32,000 nt of DNA, from positions 2,970,001 to 3,002,000 of the forward strand of contig NZ_CP011041.1 in the NCBI RefSeq assembly GCF_002310835.1, given 5' to 3'. The stretch is from Pseudoalteromonas tetraodonis (GTDB lineage: Bacteria > Pseudomonadota > Gammaproteobacteria > Enterobacterales > Alteromonadaceae). How positions within the stretch are numbered: position 1 is the stretch's first letter; each line of letters starts with the position of its first letter. Shown one piece after another: positions 15,079 through 26,277 of this stretch. A model generated the notes under the pieces. The model was not told where the DNA came from. It searched no databases and saw only the letters and a program-made list of their open reading frames with translations. A program made the position numbers and the translations under genes.

Positions 15079-15543
15079 GTGCTGGATATTGTTTTATACC
15101 AACCTGAAATTCCGCCTAACACCGGGAATATCATTCGTTTATGTGCCAATACTGGCTATTCATTGCATTTAATTGAACCGTTAGGGTTTGAGTGGGATGA
15201 CAAACGTGTAAAACGCGCTGGACTTGACTATCACGAATTTAGCCATGTACAACGCCATGCCTCATTTGATGCTTACTTAGAAAAGTGCCAACCTAAAAAA
15301 GTGTATGCTTGCACCACTAAAGGTAGCCAATTTCATCACCAAGCACAGTATGAAGCGGGTGATTGCTTAGTATTCGGACCAGAAACCCGAGGCTTACCTG
15401 ATGACATGATTCAAGCACTGCCAAACGAGCAACGCGTGCGTATACCTATGCAAGCCGATAGTCGCAGTATGAATCTGTCTAATGCAGTAGCTGTGTTTGT
15501 GTATGAATCTTGGCGCCAGCTTGGCTTTGTAAACGCGCAGTAA
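15079..15543 (+). CDS. trmL: tRNA (cytidine34/5-carboxymethylaminomethyluridine34-2'-O)-methyltransferase TrmL (SpoU/TrmH)
   Basis: 154-aa ORF with a GTG start. It is very similar to E. coli TrmL ([26 protein letters not shown]..., [12 protein letters not shown]). Confidence 0.93.
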   Translation: MLDIVLYQPEIPPNTGNIIRLCANTGYSLHLIEPLGFEWDDKRVKRAGLDYHEFSHVQRHASFDAYLEKCQPKKVYACTTKGSQFHHQAQYEAGDCLVFGPETRGLPDDMIQALPNEQRVRIPMQADSRSMNLSNAVAVFVYESWRQLGFVNAQ

Positions 15544-15558
15544 TTATTTACCAATAAT

Positions 15559-15586
15559 AAAAAACCGACATTATGTCGGTTTTTTA
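15559..15586. terminator. Bidirectional intrinsic terminator between convergent trmL and gpsA
   Basis: 9-bp stem AAACCGACA/TGTCGGTTT and a 3-nt loop, flanked by an A-run and a T-run. Confidence 0.85.
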
Positions 15587-15609
15587 ATTTTTAAAGAATA
15601 GTGAAGTAT

Positions 15610-16617
15610 TTATTCTGACTTTTGTTCACGACCTAATAACGCCATAGCAGCTGCTTTCATGTCTTTATTTTCATAGAGTACTTTGTATATTTGCTCGGTA
15701 ATTGGCATTTCCACACCAGCGCGTTGAGCTAGTAAGTACACTTCTTTGGTATTTCTAAAGCCTTCAACTACTTGGCCGATTGATGCAATGGCATCATCAA
15801 CACTCTCACCTTTGCCTAAGGCTAAACCAAAACGGCGATTGCGCGATTGGTTATCGGTACAGGTCAGAATTAAATCACCTAACCCGGCCATACCCATAAA
15901 GGTTTCAGGTTTTGCACCTAGTGCACACCCTAAACGCGACAACTCTGCTAAACCACGAGTAATAAGCGCGGTACGAGCATTTGCACCAAACCCCACTCCA
16001 TCAGAAATTCCCGCACCAATGGCAATCACGTTTTTAACCGCACCACCTAGCTGTATACCAATAAAATCATCATTGTTATACACCCTAAACGAGCGCCCGC
16101 AATGCAATAAATCGGCTATTTGTTTAGCAAATGCCGATGATGTTGATGACACCGAAATTGCAGTTGGTGATCCCATCGCCATTTCTTTGGCAAAGGTTGG
16201 CCCTGAAAGCACCGCTAATGGCACCTCTTCACCTAGCTCTTGCACTGCTACTTCTTGTAACAAACGCCCAGTATTTGGCTCTAGTCCTTTGGTGGCCCAT
16301 GCTATTTTTGCATTTGGGCGCAAAGCAGGTTTGATTTGCTTTAATGTGTCAGCAAATGCGTGGCTTGGCACAACAACCAAAACAATATCGCTACTTTGCG
16401 TTGCACGCTGTAAATCTGCTTCAAGGATTAAGGTGTCAGGAAAAGGAATATCAGGTAAGTAACGTTGATTTTTTCGCTCAGCTGCAAGCGTCGCAACGTC
16501 TTGGCTATTGCGTCCCCATAAAGTCACTTTGTGACCATTTCGGGCTAAACAAATAGCAAGGGCGGTGCCATACGACCCCGCCCCTAAAACAGTAACAGCT
16601 GATGTGGCTGTATTCAT
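15610..16617 (-). CDS. gpsA: NAD(P)H-dependent glycerol-3-phosphate dehydrogenase
   Basis: 335-aa ORF with an N-terminal Rossmann fold ([12 protein letters not shown]) and conserved GpsA core motifs (KG.E, GLGDL..TC....SRNRR.G). Confidence 0.95.
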   Translation of the reverse strand: MNTATSAVTVLGAGSYGTALAICLARNGHKVTLWGRNSQDVATLAAERKNQRYLPDIPFPDTLILEADLQRATQSSDIVLVVVPSHAFADTLKQIKPALRPNAKIAWATKGLEPNTGRLLQEVAVQELGEEVPLAVLSGPTFAKEMAMGSPTAISVSSTSSAFAKQIADLLHCGRSFRVYNNDDFIGIQLGGAVKNVIAIGAGISDGVGFGANARTALITRGLAELSRLGCALGAKPETFMGMAGLGDLILTCTDNQSRNRRFGLALGKGESVDDAIASIGQVVEGFRNTKEVYLLAQRAGVEMPITEQIYKVLYENKDMKAAAMALLGREQKSE

Positions 16618-16620
16618 AAA

Positions 16621-17109
16621 TTAAGCGTCTGCTGTAGCCTGCTCAGCTTGCGCTGTGCGTTGCTGCATGTACTGTGCAAATAATGCGTCAAAGTTAACTG
16701 GCGCAAGATTAAGTTGTGGGAACGTACCACGATTTACTAAGTTAGATACCGCTTCACGTGCATACGGGAATAACACGTTAGGGCAAAATGCACCTAGCAT
16801 GTGCGCTAATTGCATTTCTTCAACGTCAGCAATCGTAAAGATACCTGCTTGTTGAATTTCACATAAAAACGCAGTTTCTTCACCGATAGATGCCGTTACA
16901 GTTAGTGCAAGCACTACTTCGTAAACACCTTCATCAAGTTTGTTAGAGCGTGTATCTAAATCTAATTTTACTTCTGGAGCCCACTCTTTTTGAAAAATAG
17001 CTGGCGAATTTGGCGTTTCAAACGATACATCTTTAGTGTAAATACGTTGGATAGTAAACTGTGCACCTGCATCAGCTTCTGCTGCTGCGTTTTGATTTTG
17101 TTCGTTCAT
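16621..17109 (-). CDS. secB: Protein-export chaperone SecB
   Basis: 162-aa ORF with [17 protein letters not shown]... and an acidic C-terminus. It sits in the conserved grxC-secB-gpsA order. Confidence 0.95.
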   Translation of the reverse strand: MNEQNQNAAAEADAGAQFTIQRIYTKDVSFETPNSPAIFQKEWAPEVKLDLDTRSNKLDEGVYEVVLALTVTASIGEETAFLCEIQQAGIFTIADVEEMQLAHMLGAFCPNVLFPYAREAVSNLVNRGTFPQLNLAPVNFDALFAQYMQQRTAQAEQATADA

Positions 17110-17147
17110 TGTTATTCCTAACCTGTTATTTATTATAATTAATTAAA

Positions 17148-17405
17148 TTAAGCACTGAGCTTAGCATCAAGGTGACCTTGCGCTTCTAGTGCCATCATGT
17201 CGTCACAGCCACCGATGTGTTCATCGTTGATAAAAATTTGTGGAACCGTGCTTGCGCCACCGGCTTTGGCGATCATTTCATCGCGAAGCTCTGGCTGAAC
17301 GCCAATATCAATATTTGTGTATTTTACACCTTTACTGTCTAACAGCGCTAATGCGCGATGACAAAAAGGACAATATCCTTTGGTGTATAAAACAACGTTA
17401 CTCAT
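17148..17405 (-). CDS. grxC: Glutaredoxin 3
   Basis: 85-aa ORF with the active site CPFC and TVPQIFI...IGGCDD. Confidence 0.93.
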   Translation of the reverse strand: MSNVVLYTKGYCPFCHRALALLDSKGVKYTNIDIGVQPELRDEMIAKAGGASTVPQIFINDEHIGGCDDMMALEAQGHLDAKLSA

Positions 17406-17437
17406 AATTAATCCTTAATCGGTTTAGCTAAGAGATA

Positions 17438-17869
17438 TTAGCGACCGCTTGTTGTTGGCAGACTTGCTGATTGCCACGCACCCATACCGCCAGATAAAAC
17501 ATAAACTTGTTCATAGCCTGCTTTATGCATTGCGGTTGCAACACCTGAGGCAGTCATGCCTGCAGCACATACCACTATAATGGGTTTGCTCTTATACTTT
17601 TCAAGGGTTGAGAAATCAGATTCTTTAGCTTTTTCTGGGTTTAAGTGCACAGCACCGGCAATATGGCCGGTTTTAAACTCTTTTTGCCCACGCATATCAA
17701 CAACCTGGCCGTCTTCGCGGTTAATAAGTAACGTTAACTGCTGAGGATTGATTTGACGAATTGCTGAAAATTTACTTTTTATTGCGCCACTAATAATAAG
17801 AAACGCAATCGCAACCCAAGCTAGGCTTAGAATTGGATGGTTTGAGACAAATTCAATATATTGATCCAT
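17438..17869 (-). CDS. yibN: Rhodanese-domain inner-membrane protein (YibN-like)
   Basis: 143-aa ORF with an N-terminal TM segment and a rhodanese domain with active-site loop CAAGMTAS. It lies upstream of grxC-secB-gpsA, as in E. coli. Confidence 0.8.
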   Translation of the reverse strand: MDQYIEFVSNHPILSLAWVAIAFLIISGAIKSKFSAIRQINPQQLTLLINREDGQVVDMRGQKEFKTGHIAGAVHLNPEKAKESDFSTLEKYKSKPIIVVCAAGMTASGVATAMHKAGYEQVYVLSGGMGAWQSASLPTTSGR

Positions 17870-18316
17870 TCGACTTCCACTATAAAGTTACATACTAAAA
17901 CGGATGTTTTAGATATTTTAAATTCTTACCAATTGCACTTGCACAATGAGCAGTTACTCATCAGCAAATCAATAGAGCGCTGTTAGGCTACTCTGAATTT
18001 TCACCTACAAGATAGGCTTAACTTACCCCACAACCCTATTCAATACTTGAATAAAATAGAGATTAGCCGCGCAAGTATACCCAAATCAGCTAAAAATGCG
18101 AGTTTAAGCACGCTTGAAAGCCACAATGCCCTGCTCTTTTTAACTGAAAAATAACCTAGCCCTTTAAAGTTTTCAATTTAGCCAATCCTAATTGAAAATT
18201 TTTAATATCTTCTTTTCATTGCTGATCCTAGCTATAAAACGCGGTATGCTAAGACTTGGCATGTTGGCATTAATGTTAGCGTGTATTTTAGCAACGCTAA
18301 TTTTTCAGGAGTGACT

Positions 18317-19861
18317 ATGACAGAGCATAAAAAACCACTGGTATTAATGATTTTAGATGGCTGGGGATACAGAGAAGATGAGCAAAGCAATGCTATTTTA
18401 GCTGCTAACACTCCTGTATTAGATGAGCTTTGGGCCACACGTCCTCATACATTAATTTCAGCATCGGGTTTAGATGTCGGCCTTCCTGATGGCCAAATGG
18501 GTAATTCTGAGGTGGGCCATGTTAATTTAGGCGCAGGCCGTATTGTGTATCAAGATTTTACCCGTATCACCAAAGCCATTGATGATGGCGAATTTGATAC
18601 AACCCCTGCACTTGTTGAAAACATTGATAAAGCCGTTCATGCCAACAAAGCTGTACACATTATGGGACTGTTAAGTCCAGGTGGCGTGCATAGCCACGAA
18701 GATCATATTGTTGCCAGTATACAACTGGCTGCAAAACGCGGCGCTAAAGAGGTGTACTTTCATGCCTTTTTAGATGGACGCGATACACCACCGCGTAGTG
18801 CTAAAGCGTCTATTGAGCGTATTGAAGCCTTATTTAGCGAACTTAAATGTGGCCGTTTAGCCTCACTAATTGGCCGTTATTATGCCATGGACAGAGACAA
18901 CCGCTGGAATCGTGTTGAAAAAGCCTATAATTTAATCACCTTAGGTGAAGGCGATTTTGATTATGAAGAAGGCGTAAGTGCACTAAATGCCGCTTATGAG
19001 CGCGATGAAAATGACGAATTTGTAGCAGCCAGCACGATCACTCCTAAAGGCAGCGAATCTGTAAAAGTAAATGATGGCGACACCATTATATTTGCAAACT
19101 TTAGAGCAGACCGCGCACGCGAAATAACCCGCGCCTTTGTAGAACCGGGCTTTGACGGCTTTAATAAGAAAAAATCGCCTGAGCTTAGCGGCTTTGTGAT
19201 GATGACTGAATACGCAGCCGATATAGATGCGCCTGTTGCTTTTGGCCCCACGCCGCTTAATAACGTGCTTGGCGAATGGTTTGAAAAACAAGGTAAAACT
19301 CAACTGCGTATTTCTGAAACTGAAAAATATGCTCATGTTACCTTTTTCTTCAGTGGTGGACGAGAAGATGAGTTTGACGGCGAAACCCGTGAACTTATTC
19401 CATCACCTCAGGTTGCAACATATGATTTGCAGCCAGAAATGAACTCAAAAATGCTTACCGATAAGCTAGTAGAAGCAATAAAAAGTGGAAAATACGATGC
19501 CATTATTTGTAACTACCCTAATGGCGACATGGTCGGTCATTCAGGTGTATTTGAGGCTGCAGTTAAAGCCTGTGAGGCAGTAGATAACTGTATTGGCCGT
19601 GTAGTGGATGCATTGAAAGAATATGGCGGCGAAGCACTTATTACCGCCGATCATGGCAATGCAGAGCAAATGGCAAACCTTAAAACAGGCCAAGCGCACA
19701 CAGCACATACCAGTGAGCCCGTGCCGTTTATTTATGTAGGTCGCGATGCACAAGCTTATTCAGGCAAAGCCTTGAGCGATGTTGCCCCAACCATGCTGCA
19801 TTTAATGGGATTAGAGCAACCTGCAGAAATGACAGGGTCGCCAATTATGGTGTTGAAATAA
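18317..19861 (+). CDS. gpmI: 2,3-bisphosphoglycerate-independent phosphoglycerate mutase
   Basis: The ORF track opens at 18281. However, Met13 (18317) is preceded by AGGAG, and [19 protein letters not shown] aligns with the E. coli GpmM N-terminus. Similarity is high throughout ([38 protein letters not shown]). Confidence 0.95.
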   Translation: MTEHKKPLVLMILDGWGYREDEQSNAILAANTPVLDELWATRPHTLISASGLDVGLPDGQMGNSEVGHVNLGAGRIVYQDFTRITKAIDDGEFDTTPALVENIDKAVHANKAVHIMGLLSPGGVHSHEDHIVASIQLAAKRGAKEVYFHAFLDGRDTPPRSAKASIERIEALFSELKCGRLASLIGRYYAMDRDNRWNRVEKAYNLITLGEGDFDYEEGVSALNAAYERDENDEFVAASTITPKGSESVKVNDGDTIIFANFRADRAREITRAFVEPGFDGFNKKKSPELSGFVMMTEYAADIDAPVAFGPTPLNNVLGEWFEKQGKTQLRISETEKYAHVTFFFSGGREDEFDGETRELIPSPQVATYDLQPEMNSKMLTDKLVEAIKSGKYDAIICNYPNGDMVGHSGVFEAAVKACEAVDNCIGRVVDALKEYGGEALITADHGNAEQMANLKTGQAHTAHTSEPVPFIYVGRDAQAYSGKALSDVAPTMLHLMGLEQPAEMTGSPIMVLK

Positions 19862-19864
19862 CCT

Positions 19865-21004
19865 ATGAAAAAAAGCGCATACCGCGTCATTGCGTGTATC
19901 TGTGTACTGCATTCATTAGTCACTGGCGTTGCCGTGGCTAATGAAGATCGTACTAAAAAAGACCTATCCCAAGTTCAAGTGGCTTTAGAGCAAAGCCAAG
20001 CTGAATATCAACAACAGCAAAAAGAAATAGCTAAACAGCAGCAAAAGCTAAAAGCACATGAACTCGCTATAGCGAAAAACGCTAAAGCACTCAATATGGC
20101 TGAGCAATCCGTTAAAAAAACACAACAACAGCAAGCAGAGCAACAACAACGCGCGGTAAAGCTTGAAAAACAACAAGCCCAATTTAAGCGTGTGTTAGCA
20201 GCACAGTTAAAAAGTGCTTATATGGCAGGTAGTGATGACTATTCAAAAATGCTGCTTAACCAAGAAGATACCGCTAAATTTGAACGTACGCTTAGCTATT
20301 ACAACTACTTAAATAAAGCCCGCATAAAGCAGCTTGATGAACTTAAAGCGCTGCAAATAGAAATTGCGAAAAACCAAGCTGAGCTTGAAAAAACAAAAGA
20401 AAAGTTAGTTGCTTTATTTGATGAACAAAAAAGGCGACAAGCAGCGCTTCTTGACGCTAAAAATGAGCGCCAAGCCAGCCTAAAAAATCTAAAAAAGCAG
20501 TTAAATAAAACAAAAAATTCAATTAGTTACTTAGAAGAGAACGAACAAACGCTGATCGCAACTATTAAAGAACTTGAAGAAGAAAAAACCACAAAAATTG
20601 AGCTATTGGGCCTAAATAAAAATAAAGGAAGATTAAGCTGGCCGAGTAAAGGCAAACTAACGCACAAGTTTGGCCAACGTAAGCACGGCGGAATTAACTG
20701 GAAAGGCGTGTTAATTTCTGCTGCAGAGGGCACTTCAGTAAATAGCATTCATAACGGTCAGGTGGTATTTGCAGATTGGTTAAAAGGTTACGGCTGGGTG
20801 ATTGTTGTGGACCACGGAGAAGGCTTTATGAGCTTATACGGGCATGCACAAACCTTACTCAAAGATGTGGGTGATATGGTCAGAGAGGGTGAAAGTGTTG
20901 CTTTAGTTGGGCAAAGCGGTGGACAAGCCGATTCTGGTCTATACTTTGAAATACGCCACAAAGGGCGTGCTGTTAATCCCATAAAATGGTGCAGACGTAT
21001 TTAA
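19865..21004 (+). CDS. envC: Murein hydrolase activator EnvC (coiled-coil plus LytM/M23 domain)
   Basis: 379-aa ORF with a signal peptide, a long Q/K/E-rich coiled coil and a C-terminal M23-like domain (GW.IVVDHGEGF.SLYGH...LYFEIR..G..VNP). Confidence 0.9.
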   Translation: MKKSAYRVIACICVLHSLVTGVAVANEDRTKKDLSQVQVALEQSQAEYQQQQKEIAKQQQKLKAHELAIAKNAKALNMAEQSVKKTQQQQAEQQQRAVKLEKQQAQFKRVLAAQLKSAYMAGSDDYSKMLLNQEDTAKFERTLSYYNYLNKARIKQLDELKALQIEIAKNQAELEKTKEKLVALFDEQKRRQAALLDAKNERQASLKNLKKQLNKTKNSISYLEENEQTLIATIKELEEEKTTKIELLGLNKNKGRLSWPSKGKLTHKFGQRKHGGINWKGVLISAAEGTSVNSIHNGQVVFADWLKGYGWVIVVDHGEGFMSLYGHAQTLLKDVGDMVREGESVALVGQSGGQADSGLYFEIRHKGRAVNPIKWCRRI

Positions 21005-21037
21005 TCTTAAAATAACTGCATCCTAGTAGAGGCAGTT

Positions 21038-22303
21038 ATGATAAACACACACATTTGCCAAAAAAAAGTATCGCAAACAAAACCAATGTTTTGGTTTTGT
21101 TTGCAGGTATTTTTTTTATTGGCACTTTTTGGCTTTATAAATAATGCTCATGCCAGTTCGGTCAAAGATTTAGAAAGCCAAAAAATAAATGAAATACTGT
21201 TTAATATTCATACCTACTACGTTGATGATTTAGCACTGCATAACAGTGAATACATTGAATACAACACCTCTCAATTTGAACGCTTATACTCTAAACTCGA
21301 TCCCTACTCTAAATATTTAGATAAAAATGAGCTAAATGCGTTATTTGATAATACCAATGGTCGCTATACTGGCTTAGGCATTGAGGTCAAAAATATTGAG
21401 CAGCGCACCACGATTGTTAAAGTAATTAATAATTCGCCTGCTAAACAAGTCGGCCTGCGAGCTGGCGATATTATTACAGCAGTTAATAATCAGCAGATTA
21501 AAAATAGCCCTATTGATATAGTCGCGCAGCAAATTAAAGACAGCCCCAACAATAAAGTACAACTAAGTATTATCCGAAATAATAATCTAAAACCGCTCAT
21601 ATTTAACCTCAGCAGAAAACAAATAAAACTGGCCAGTGTAACTAAGCAACTACTTGATGCGGGTAGCGGTTATATTGCTATAAATACCTTTTCAAACCAC
21701 ACCTTGCATGAAGTTGCCTTACAAATAGCCGCTATGCAAAACCATTACGGCCACGCATTAAAAGGCTTAATTATTGATTTACGAGACAACCCTGGCGGGA
21801 CTTTAAAAAGCGCGGTTGCTGTGGCAGATCTCTTTTTACAAGATGGTCTAATAGTAACAACCAAAGGACGTTTTTATGATTCTAATCAGTCGTTTTACGC
21901 TAAACGCGGCGATATTTTAAAAGGCGCACCTATTGTCGTACTGATTAACGAAAACTCAGCCTCTGCAGCAGAAATACTGGCTGCAGCACTAAAAGAAAAT
22001 ATGCGTGCAAAAATAGTGGGGAGTCAGTCATTTGGCAAAGGGTCGGTACAATCACTCATTCCATTAGGCGATGGTGATACCGCCTTAAAACTAACTACCG
22101 CACGCTACTTTACGCCATCAGGTGAATCGATTGAAGGTATTGGCGTGACCCCGAATGTGGCGATTAATCAAACAACGCTTCCACAAACAAATAAAGCCGT
22201 TATAATAAAAAATGAACAATTAGAACAAAACACCGTTTTTAGCACTGAAGATTTAGCCGATATCCAGTTAACTAAGGCAAAACAGCTACTCAACATGCAC
22301 TAA
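21038..22303 (+). CDS. S41-family carboxy-terminal processing peptidase with a PDZ domain
   Basis: 421-aa ORF with a PDZ domain (GLGIEV..., PAKQVGLRAGDIITAVN) and S41 catalytic motifs (DLRDNPGG, NENSASAAEILAAALKE, GKGSVQ). The start may be Met17 (21086). Confidence 0.88.
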   Translation: MINTHICQKKVSQTKPMFWFCLQVFFLLALFGFINNAHASSVKDLESQKINEILFNIHTYYVDDLALHNSEYIEYNTSQFERLYSKLDPYSKYLDKNELNALFDNTNGRYTGLGIEVKNIEQRTTIVKVINNSPAKQVGLRAGDIITAVNNQQIKNSPIDIVAQQIKDSPNNKVQLSIIRNNNLKPLIFNLSRKQIKLASVTKQLLDAGSGYIAINTFSNHTLHEVALQIAAMQNHYGHALKGLIIDLRDNPGGTLKSAVAVADLFLQDGLIVTTKGRFYDSNQSFYAKRGDILKGAPIVVLINENSASAAEILAAALKENMRAKIVGSQSFGKGSVQSLIPLGDGDTALKLTTARYFTPSGESIEGIGVTPNVAINQTTLPQTNKAVIIKNEQLEQNTVFSTEDLADIQLTKAKQLLNMH

Positions 22304-22352
22304 ATTCGGTAAATTATTTTAAACACGACAAAGATAATAAAAATTATAAAAC

Positions 22353-23123
22353 GTGAAAACTATAAATTTAATGGTGTTAGCTGGGCTGTTTTTAGCCTTA
22401 TTTGCAACATCGAGTGCTGTTAAAGCCAAGCAAATAGCCATAGTGATCGATGACATAGGTTATCATCAACGTGATTTAGAATTCCTGAGTTTACCTGGGC
22501 AGTTGTCCTATTCAATATTGCCCCACACCCCCTATTCTCAAATATTTGCAACCCTTGCTAGTCAGTCAAATAAAGAGCTCCTGTTGCATGTTCCTATGCA
22601 GGCTTTAAATGGTAAAAAACTCGGGCCTGGTGCGCTCACTTTAAATATGGATAAAGCACAACTTCAACAAACGCTCGGGAATGCGCTGGCCAGTTTACCG
22701 CAAGTTAAAGGAGTTAATAACCATATGGGCTCTGCGCTGACTCAACAAAGCCAAGCAATGAAATGGACCATGGAAGTACTCAAAAAACGCCAGCTGTATT
22801 TTCTTGATAGCCGTACAACTGAATTAAGCCAAGCTCAGAATGCAGCCAACTTTTTGGGAGTGGAAAACATTAGCCGACATGTATTTTTAGACAATATAAC
22901 GACCACAGAGCAACTACAATTAAGGTTAGAAGAGCTAAAATCAAAAGCAACTAAGTATCAGTTTGCCATTGCAATAGCGCATCCCTATCCCGAAACCATC
23001 GATTTTTTACGCCACGCTTTGCCGCAATTAAGTGAGCAAGGATTTGAACTGGTGCCAGTATCGCAACTGGTCGAACGTAAATATGTACAAATAGCTCAGC
23101 AAGAAGCTATTTCATTAAACTGA
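22353..23123 (+). CDS. yibQ: Divergent polysaccharide deacetylase family protein (YibQ-like)
   Basis: 256-aa ORF with a GTG start and a signal peptide. It shows IAIVIDD.GY, NHMGS and a conserved position after envC, as in enterics. Confidence 0.85.
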   Translation: MKTINLMVLAGLFLALFATSSAVKAKQIAIVIDDIGYHQRDLEFLSLPGQLSYSILPHTPYSQIFATLASQSNKELLLHVPMQALNGKKLGPGALTLNMDKAQLQQTLGNALASLPQVKGVNNHMGSALTQQSQAMKWTMEVLKKRQLYFLDSRTTELSQAQNAANFLGVENISRHVFLDNITTTEQLQLRLEELKSKATKYQFAIAIAHPYPETIDFLRHALPQLSEQGFELVPVSQLVERKYVQIAQQEAISLN

Positions 23124-23154
23124 TGGGGTAAGTAAACCCCCTAACCCATCAGTT
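23118..23154. terminator. Hairpin between convergent yibQ and the MCP gene (possible factor-independent terminator with a weak U-tract)
   Basis: 10-bp stem AACTGATGGG/CCCATCAGTT and a 17-nt loop that contains an alternative GGGG/CCCC pairing. It overlaps the yibQ stop codon. Confidence 0.4.
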
Positions 23155-23181
23155 AATTTAACTCACTTATGCGCATTATAT

Positions 23182-25053
23182 TTATAAAATAAATGTTGCT
23201 ACTTTGGCATTTAAATCTGTAGCTCTGTCTTTTAATACTTCAGCTTGGCTTAAATGCGCAGTGGCTGAGGTAGTAATTTCATCGGTTACATCTTTAATGG
23301 CGACCGTATTTCTAGTAATTTCATTAGTCACTTGCGTTTGCTCTTCTGCTGCAACCGCTATTTGACCCGCCATATCAGAAATTTCATTCACTGCTAAGGT
23401 GATTTCCTCTAGTGCATGAGCTGCTGCATTAACATCATCCACACTATTGTTAGCATACCCCTTACTGCTGTCCATCAAGCTCACTGCTTTTTTGGTCGTA
23501 TTTTGTAAGGTTTCTATGGTGGTGTAAATTTCTGCTGTGGAGTTTTGCGTTCTTCTTGATAGTACACGCACCTCATCGGCAACCACTGCAAAGCCACGCC
23601 CTTGTTCACCAGCACGGGCAGCCTCTATTGCGGCATTGAGTGCTAAGAGATTTGTTTGCTCAGCAATTTCTTGAATGGTAGTCAAAATACTCGATATAGC
23701 CTGAGCATGTAAGCTTAGTTCGCCAATGACGGTGGTTGTTTGGTCTATTTCACCCGCAAGTGAATTAATCGTATTTCTGGTTTTATCAACTAACAGCTTA
23801 CCTTCACGGCTACTTTGCGCTGACTGCTGTGATGCCGTCGCGGTATTTTCGGCATTAGCAGCAATCTCATGGGTTGCACTCGCCATTTCTGTGACCGCAG
23901 TGGCAACCATCGCCACTTCTTGCTGCTGACGCTGCAACTCACTGACACTGTTTTGATTGGTGATTAAGCTTTTCTCTGCATCAAAATCTAAATCAGTAGC
24001 TAACTGGCGAATATGGCTTATAAGCTCATGCTGGCTGCTTACAAAGCGATTAAAACTATCAGCCAGTACCCCAACTTCATCTTGTGTATCAACACTAATA
24101 CGCTGGGTCAAATCACCGTTACCATCAGCAATTGTTGATAACGCTTGTGATACTCGGCTTAACGGCGCAAGTAACACACTTAATAACCATGAAATAGCCA
24201 ACACGCTCAACAAAAGTGCCACACTGACTAATACGAGTTGAGTTACTAATAAACTAATTAGCGGTGCCTCTAAGGTTTCTTTATCCAGTACAAATAGCAA
24301 CTGCCAATCGGTATTATTTATATTTTCACCCCAAACAAGCTTCTCTCGGCCTTCATCTTTAAAATAAAGGGGAGTAAATTCACCGTTTTGACTATTAGAT
24401 AAAATGAATTGGTGATTTATTTTCGAGTCAATATGCGTAATATCTGCCATTACTTTTTTAGTGTCTTTATAGGCAATCACAGTGCCATCTTGATGCATCA
24501 TGATGGCATAGCCATTTGCCGGTAAAGACATAGTATTAACATCATTAACCAAAGACTCAATCGATAAATCACCCGCTACCACGCCACTTTGTGTGGTTTT
24601 AGCAATAGAAACAACCAACTGATTAAACGCAGTATCTAAATAAGGTTTGGTAATTACGGTGCCATTTTTCAGCTGTGCTTGTTTGTACCATGGACGAGTG
24701 CGCGGGTCGTAGCCGGTTCGATCAATACTTGGATCAGAGTCAGTCATTTTCCCGATACTATCTCCAAAGTAAGTTAATTGAAAACCACCAGACACTTGAG
24801 CTTGCTGTAATGCGCTGAGCGTATTGCCCTCAACCTTACTCGCAACTGACTCTACGATCTGCTGACGACTAGCTAGCCAATCTTCAATACTCGCAGCTTG
24901 TTGCTTACCAGACTGACTTACATTATCAATACTGCTTTTTAACAGTAACGCTTTTTGAGAGGTGTAGCTATTCCACGATAGCAATACAATAATAACGGCT
25001 AGGGCAAGAACCACCGATAGCAAGATCTTTTTCTTTAGTGAATATGAGTTCAT
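23182..25053 (-). CDS. Methyl-accepting chemotaxis protein with a periplasmic double-Cache-like sensor, HAMP and signalling domains
   Basis: The highly conserved MCP hairpin LLALNAAIEAARAGEQGRGFAVVADEVR is present. Two TM segments flank a ~250-aa periplasmic domain. I prefer the start at Met17 (25053, MNSYSLKKK...); the ORF itself extends to 25101. Confidence 0.92.
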   Translation of the reverse strand: MNSYSLKKKILLSVVLALAVIIVLLSWNSYTSQKALLLKSSIDNVSQSGKQQAASIEDWLASRQQIVESVASKVEGNTLSALQQAQVSGGFQLTYFGDSIGKMTDSDPSIDRTGYDPRTRPWYKQAQLKNGTVITKPYLDTAFNQLVVSIAKTTQSGVVAGDLSIESLVNDVNTMSLPANGYAIMMHQDGTVIAYKDTKKVMADITHIDSKINHQFILSNSQNGEFTPLYFKDEGREKLVWGENINNTDWQLLFVLDKETLEAPLISLLVTQLVLVSVALLLSVLAISWLLSVLLAPLSRVSQALSTIADGNGDLTQRISVDTQDEVGVLADSFNRFVSSQHELISHIRQLATDLDFDAEKSLITNQNSVSELQRQQQEVAMVATAVTEMASATHEIAANAENTATASQQSAQSSREGKLLVDKTRNTINSLAGEIDQTTTVIGELSLHAQAISSILTTIQEIAEQTNLLALNAAIEAARAGEQGRGFAVVADEVRVLSRRTQNSTAEIYTTIETLQNTTKKAVSLMDSSKGYANNSVDDVNAAAHALEEITLAVNEISDMAGQIAVAAEEQTQVTNEITRNTVAIKDVTDEITTSATAHLSQAEVLKDRATDLNAKVATFIL

Positions 25054-25329
25054 ATTGAGTGTAAATACTCGCGTTAAATGAAATTGAAAGGCAATAAGCA
25101 CAGCAATTAATAATTTAATTTAGGCTACGGTTTGAACGACAAGTCGCTCAGGTGCGCGAATATTTTCATATACCCAAATTAAAAACAAACTAAAATCATG
25201 TATTTAAATTAAAACCAAACTTATTCATTAACTTTAACTAGGGTATATTTAATTAAAAGATATACAGATGTGACTAGAGGTAAGCAAAATAAGAAAAACG
25301 ATACTTTTTGTTAACCTCTTTTTTTAACT

Positions 25330-25361
25330 AAAAAAAAGCCCCGCATTTTCATGCAGGGCTT
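25330..25361 (-). terminator. Intrinsic terminator after rpoH
   Basis: On the minus strand: AAGCCCTGCAT-GAAA-ATGCGGGGCTT, an 11-bp stem with one mismatch, followed by a T-run of 6. Confidence 0.85.
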
Positions 25362-25380
25362 TATAACTTTTTAAGTGCGA

Positions 25381-26244
25381 TTAACTCATCGCACTTTGTA
25401 ATTTTTTCATTGCTGTTTTTTCCAGCTGGCGAACACGCTCTGCTGATACGCTGTATTTTTCAGCCAACTCTTGCAGTGTTGCTTTATCATCTGACAACCA
25501 GCGTGCGCTAACGATATCTTGAGAACGCTCATCGAGGGTTTTCAAAGCGCTAAATAATCGCGTATGCGACTGCTCTTGCCATTGTTGCTGCTCAATATCA
25601 TCGGCTAAGTCAGCAGAACCATCGGTTAAGTATTGTACCGGTGAGTAAGTACTGGTTGGCGCATCGTCGTTATCGTCGCCCGTTAAGTCAAAGCCCATGT
25701 CTTGGCCGCTCATACGCGATTCCATTTCACGCACTTCTTTTTCACTCACACCTAGCTCGCTCGCTACTGTGCTAACTTCGGCTTGATTAAACCAGCCTAA
25801 ACGTTTTTTGTTTTTACGAAGATTAAAAAACAGTTTACGTTGCGCTTTGGTTGTCGCAACTTTTACGATACGCCAGTTTTTAAGCACAAACTCATGAATT
25901 TCGGCTTTGATCCAATGAACCGCAAATGAAACCAAACGTACACCCACTGATGGGTCAAAACGTTTTACTGCCTTCATCAGTCCAATGTTACCCTCTTGAA
26001 TTAAATCAGCTTGGGGTAACCCGTAACCCGAGTAGCTTTTAGCTATGTGCGCTACAAAGCGCAAATGCGACATAATGAGTTGCTTTGCAGCACTAAGATC
26101 GCCTTCTTCCTGAAGTTTTTTTGCAAGTTCCTGCTCTTGCTCAACTTTAAGCATAGGAATAGTACTAACAGCCTGAAGATAGCCATCCATACTTGCGCTT
26201 TGTTGCCCAACTGTAAGTGCCATTGCGTATAAATCTTTACTCAT
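25381..26244 (-). CDS. rpoH: RNA polymerase heat-shock sigma factor sigma-32
   Basis: 287-aa ORF with the RpoH box ([13 protein letters not shown]), sigma-70 regions 2-4 and a GAGGTG RBS. It lies downstream of ftsYEX, as in E. coli. Confidence 0.96.
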   Translation of the reverse strand: MSKDLYAMALTVGQQSASMDGYLQAVSTIPMLKVEQEQELAKKLQEEGDLSAAKQLIMSHLRFVAHIAKSYSGYGLPQADLIQEGNIGLMKAVKRFDPSVGVRLVSFAVHWIKAEIHEFVLKNWRIVKVATTKAQRKLFFNLRKNKKRLGWFNQAEVSTVASELGVSEKEVREMESRMSGQDMGFDLTGDDNDDAPTSTYSPVQYLTDGSADLADDIEQQQWQEQSHTRLFSALKTLDERSQDIVSARWLSDDKATLQELAEKYSVSAERVRQLEKTAMKKLQSAMS

Positions 26245-26277
26245 TTTTCACCTCGGTGATAAACATTTGAAACCATC

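Noticed and set aside
15746-16462. A 238-aa plus-strand ORF (and the smaller ORFs at 16131-16334 and 16344-16556)
   Set aside because: It is antisense to the highly conserved gpsA. The product is a low-complexity Ala/Pro/Ser-rich translation with no recognisable motifs.
18281-18316. A 12-codon N-terminal extension of gpmI ([12 protein letters not shown])
   Set aside because: There is no RBS before 18281. The AGGAG lies just upstream of Met13 (18317), and homologues start at the MTEHKKP-equivalent position.
23726-24241. Plus-strand ORFs of 67 and 94 aa inside the MCP gene, and similar antisense ORFs inside pilB, cpxA, gpmI, envC, ftsX, ftsE, ftsY and rsmD
   Set aside because: All are embedded antisense or out of frame within strongly supported genes, have no motifs and are typical of the six-frame background.
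25054-25101. A 16-codon N-terminal extension of the MCP (MLIAFQFHLTRVFTLN)
   Set aside because: MCPs typically begin with a short basic segment followed by TM1, and MNSYSLKKKILLSVV... at Met17 fits that pattern. The extension is probably non-coding, although this is not proven.
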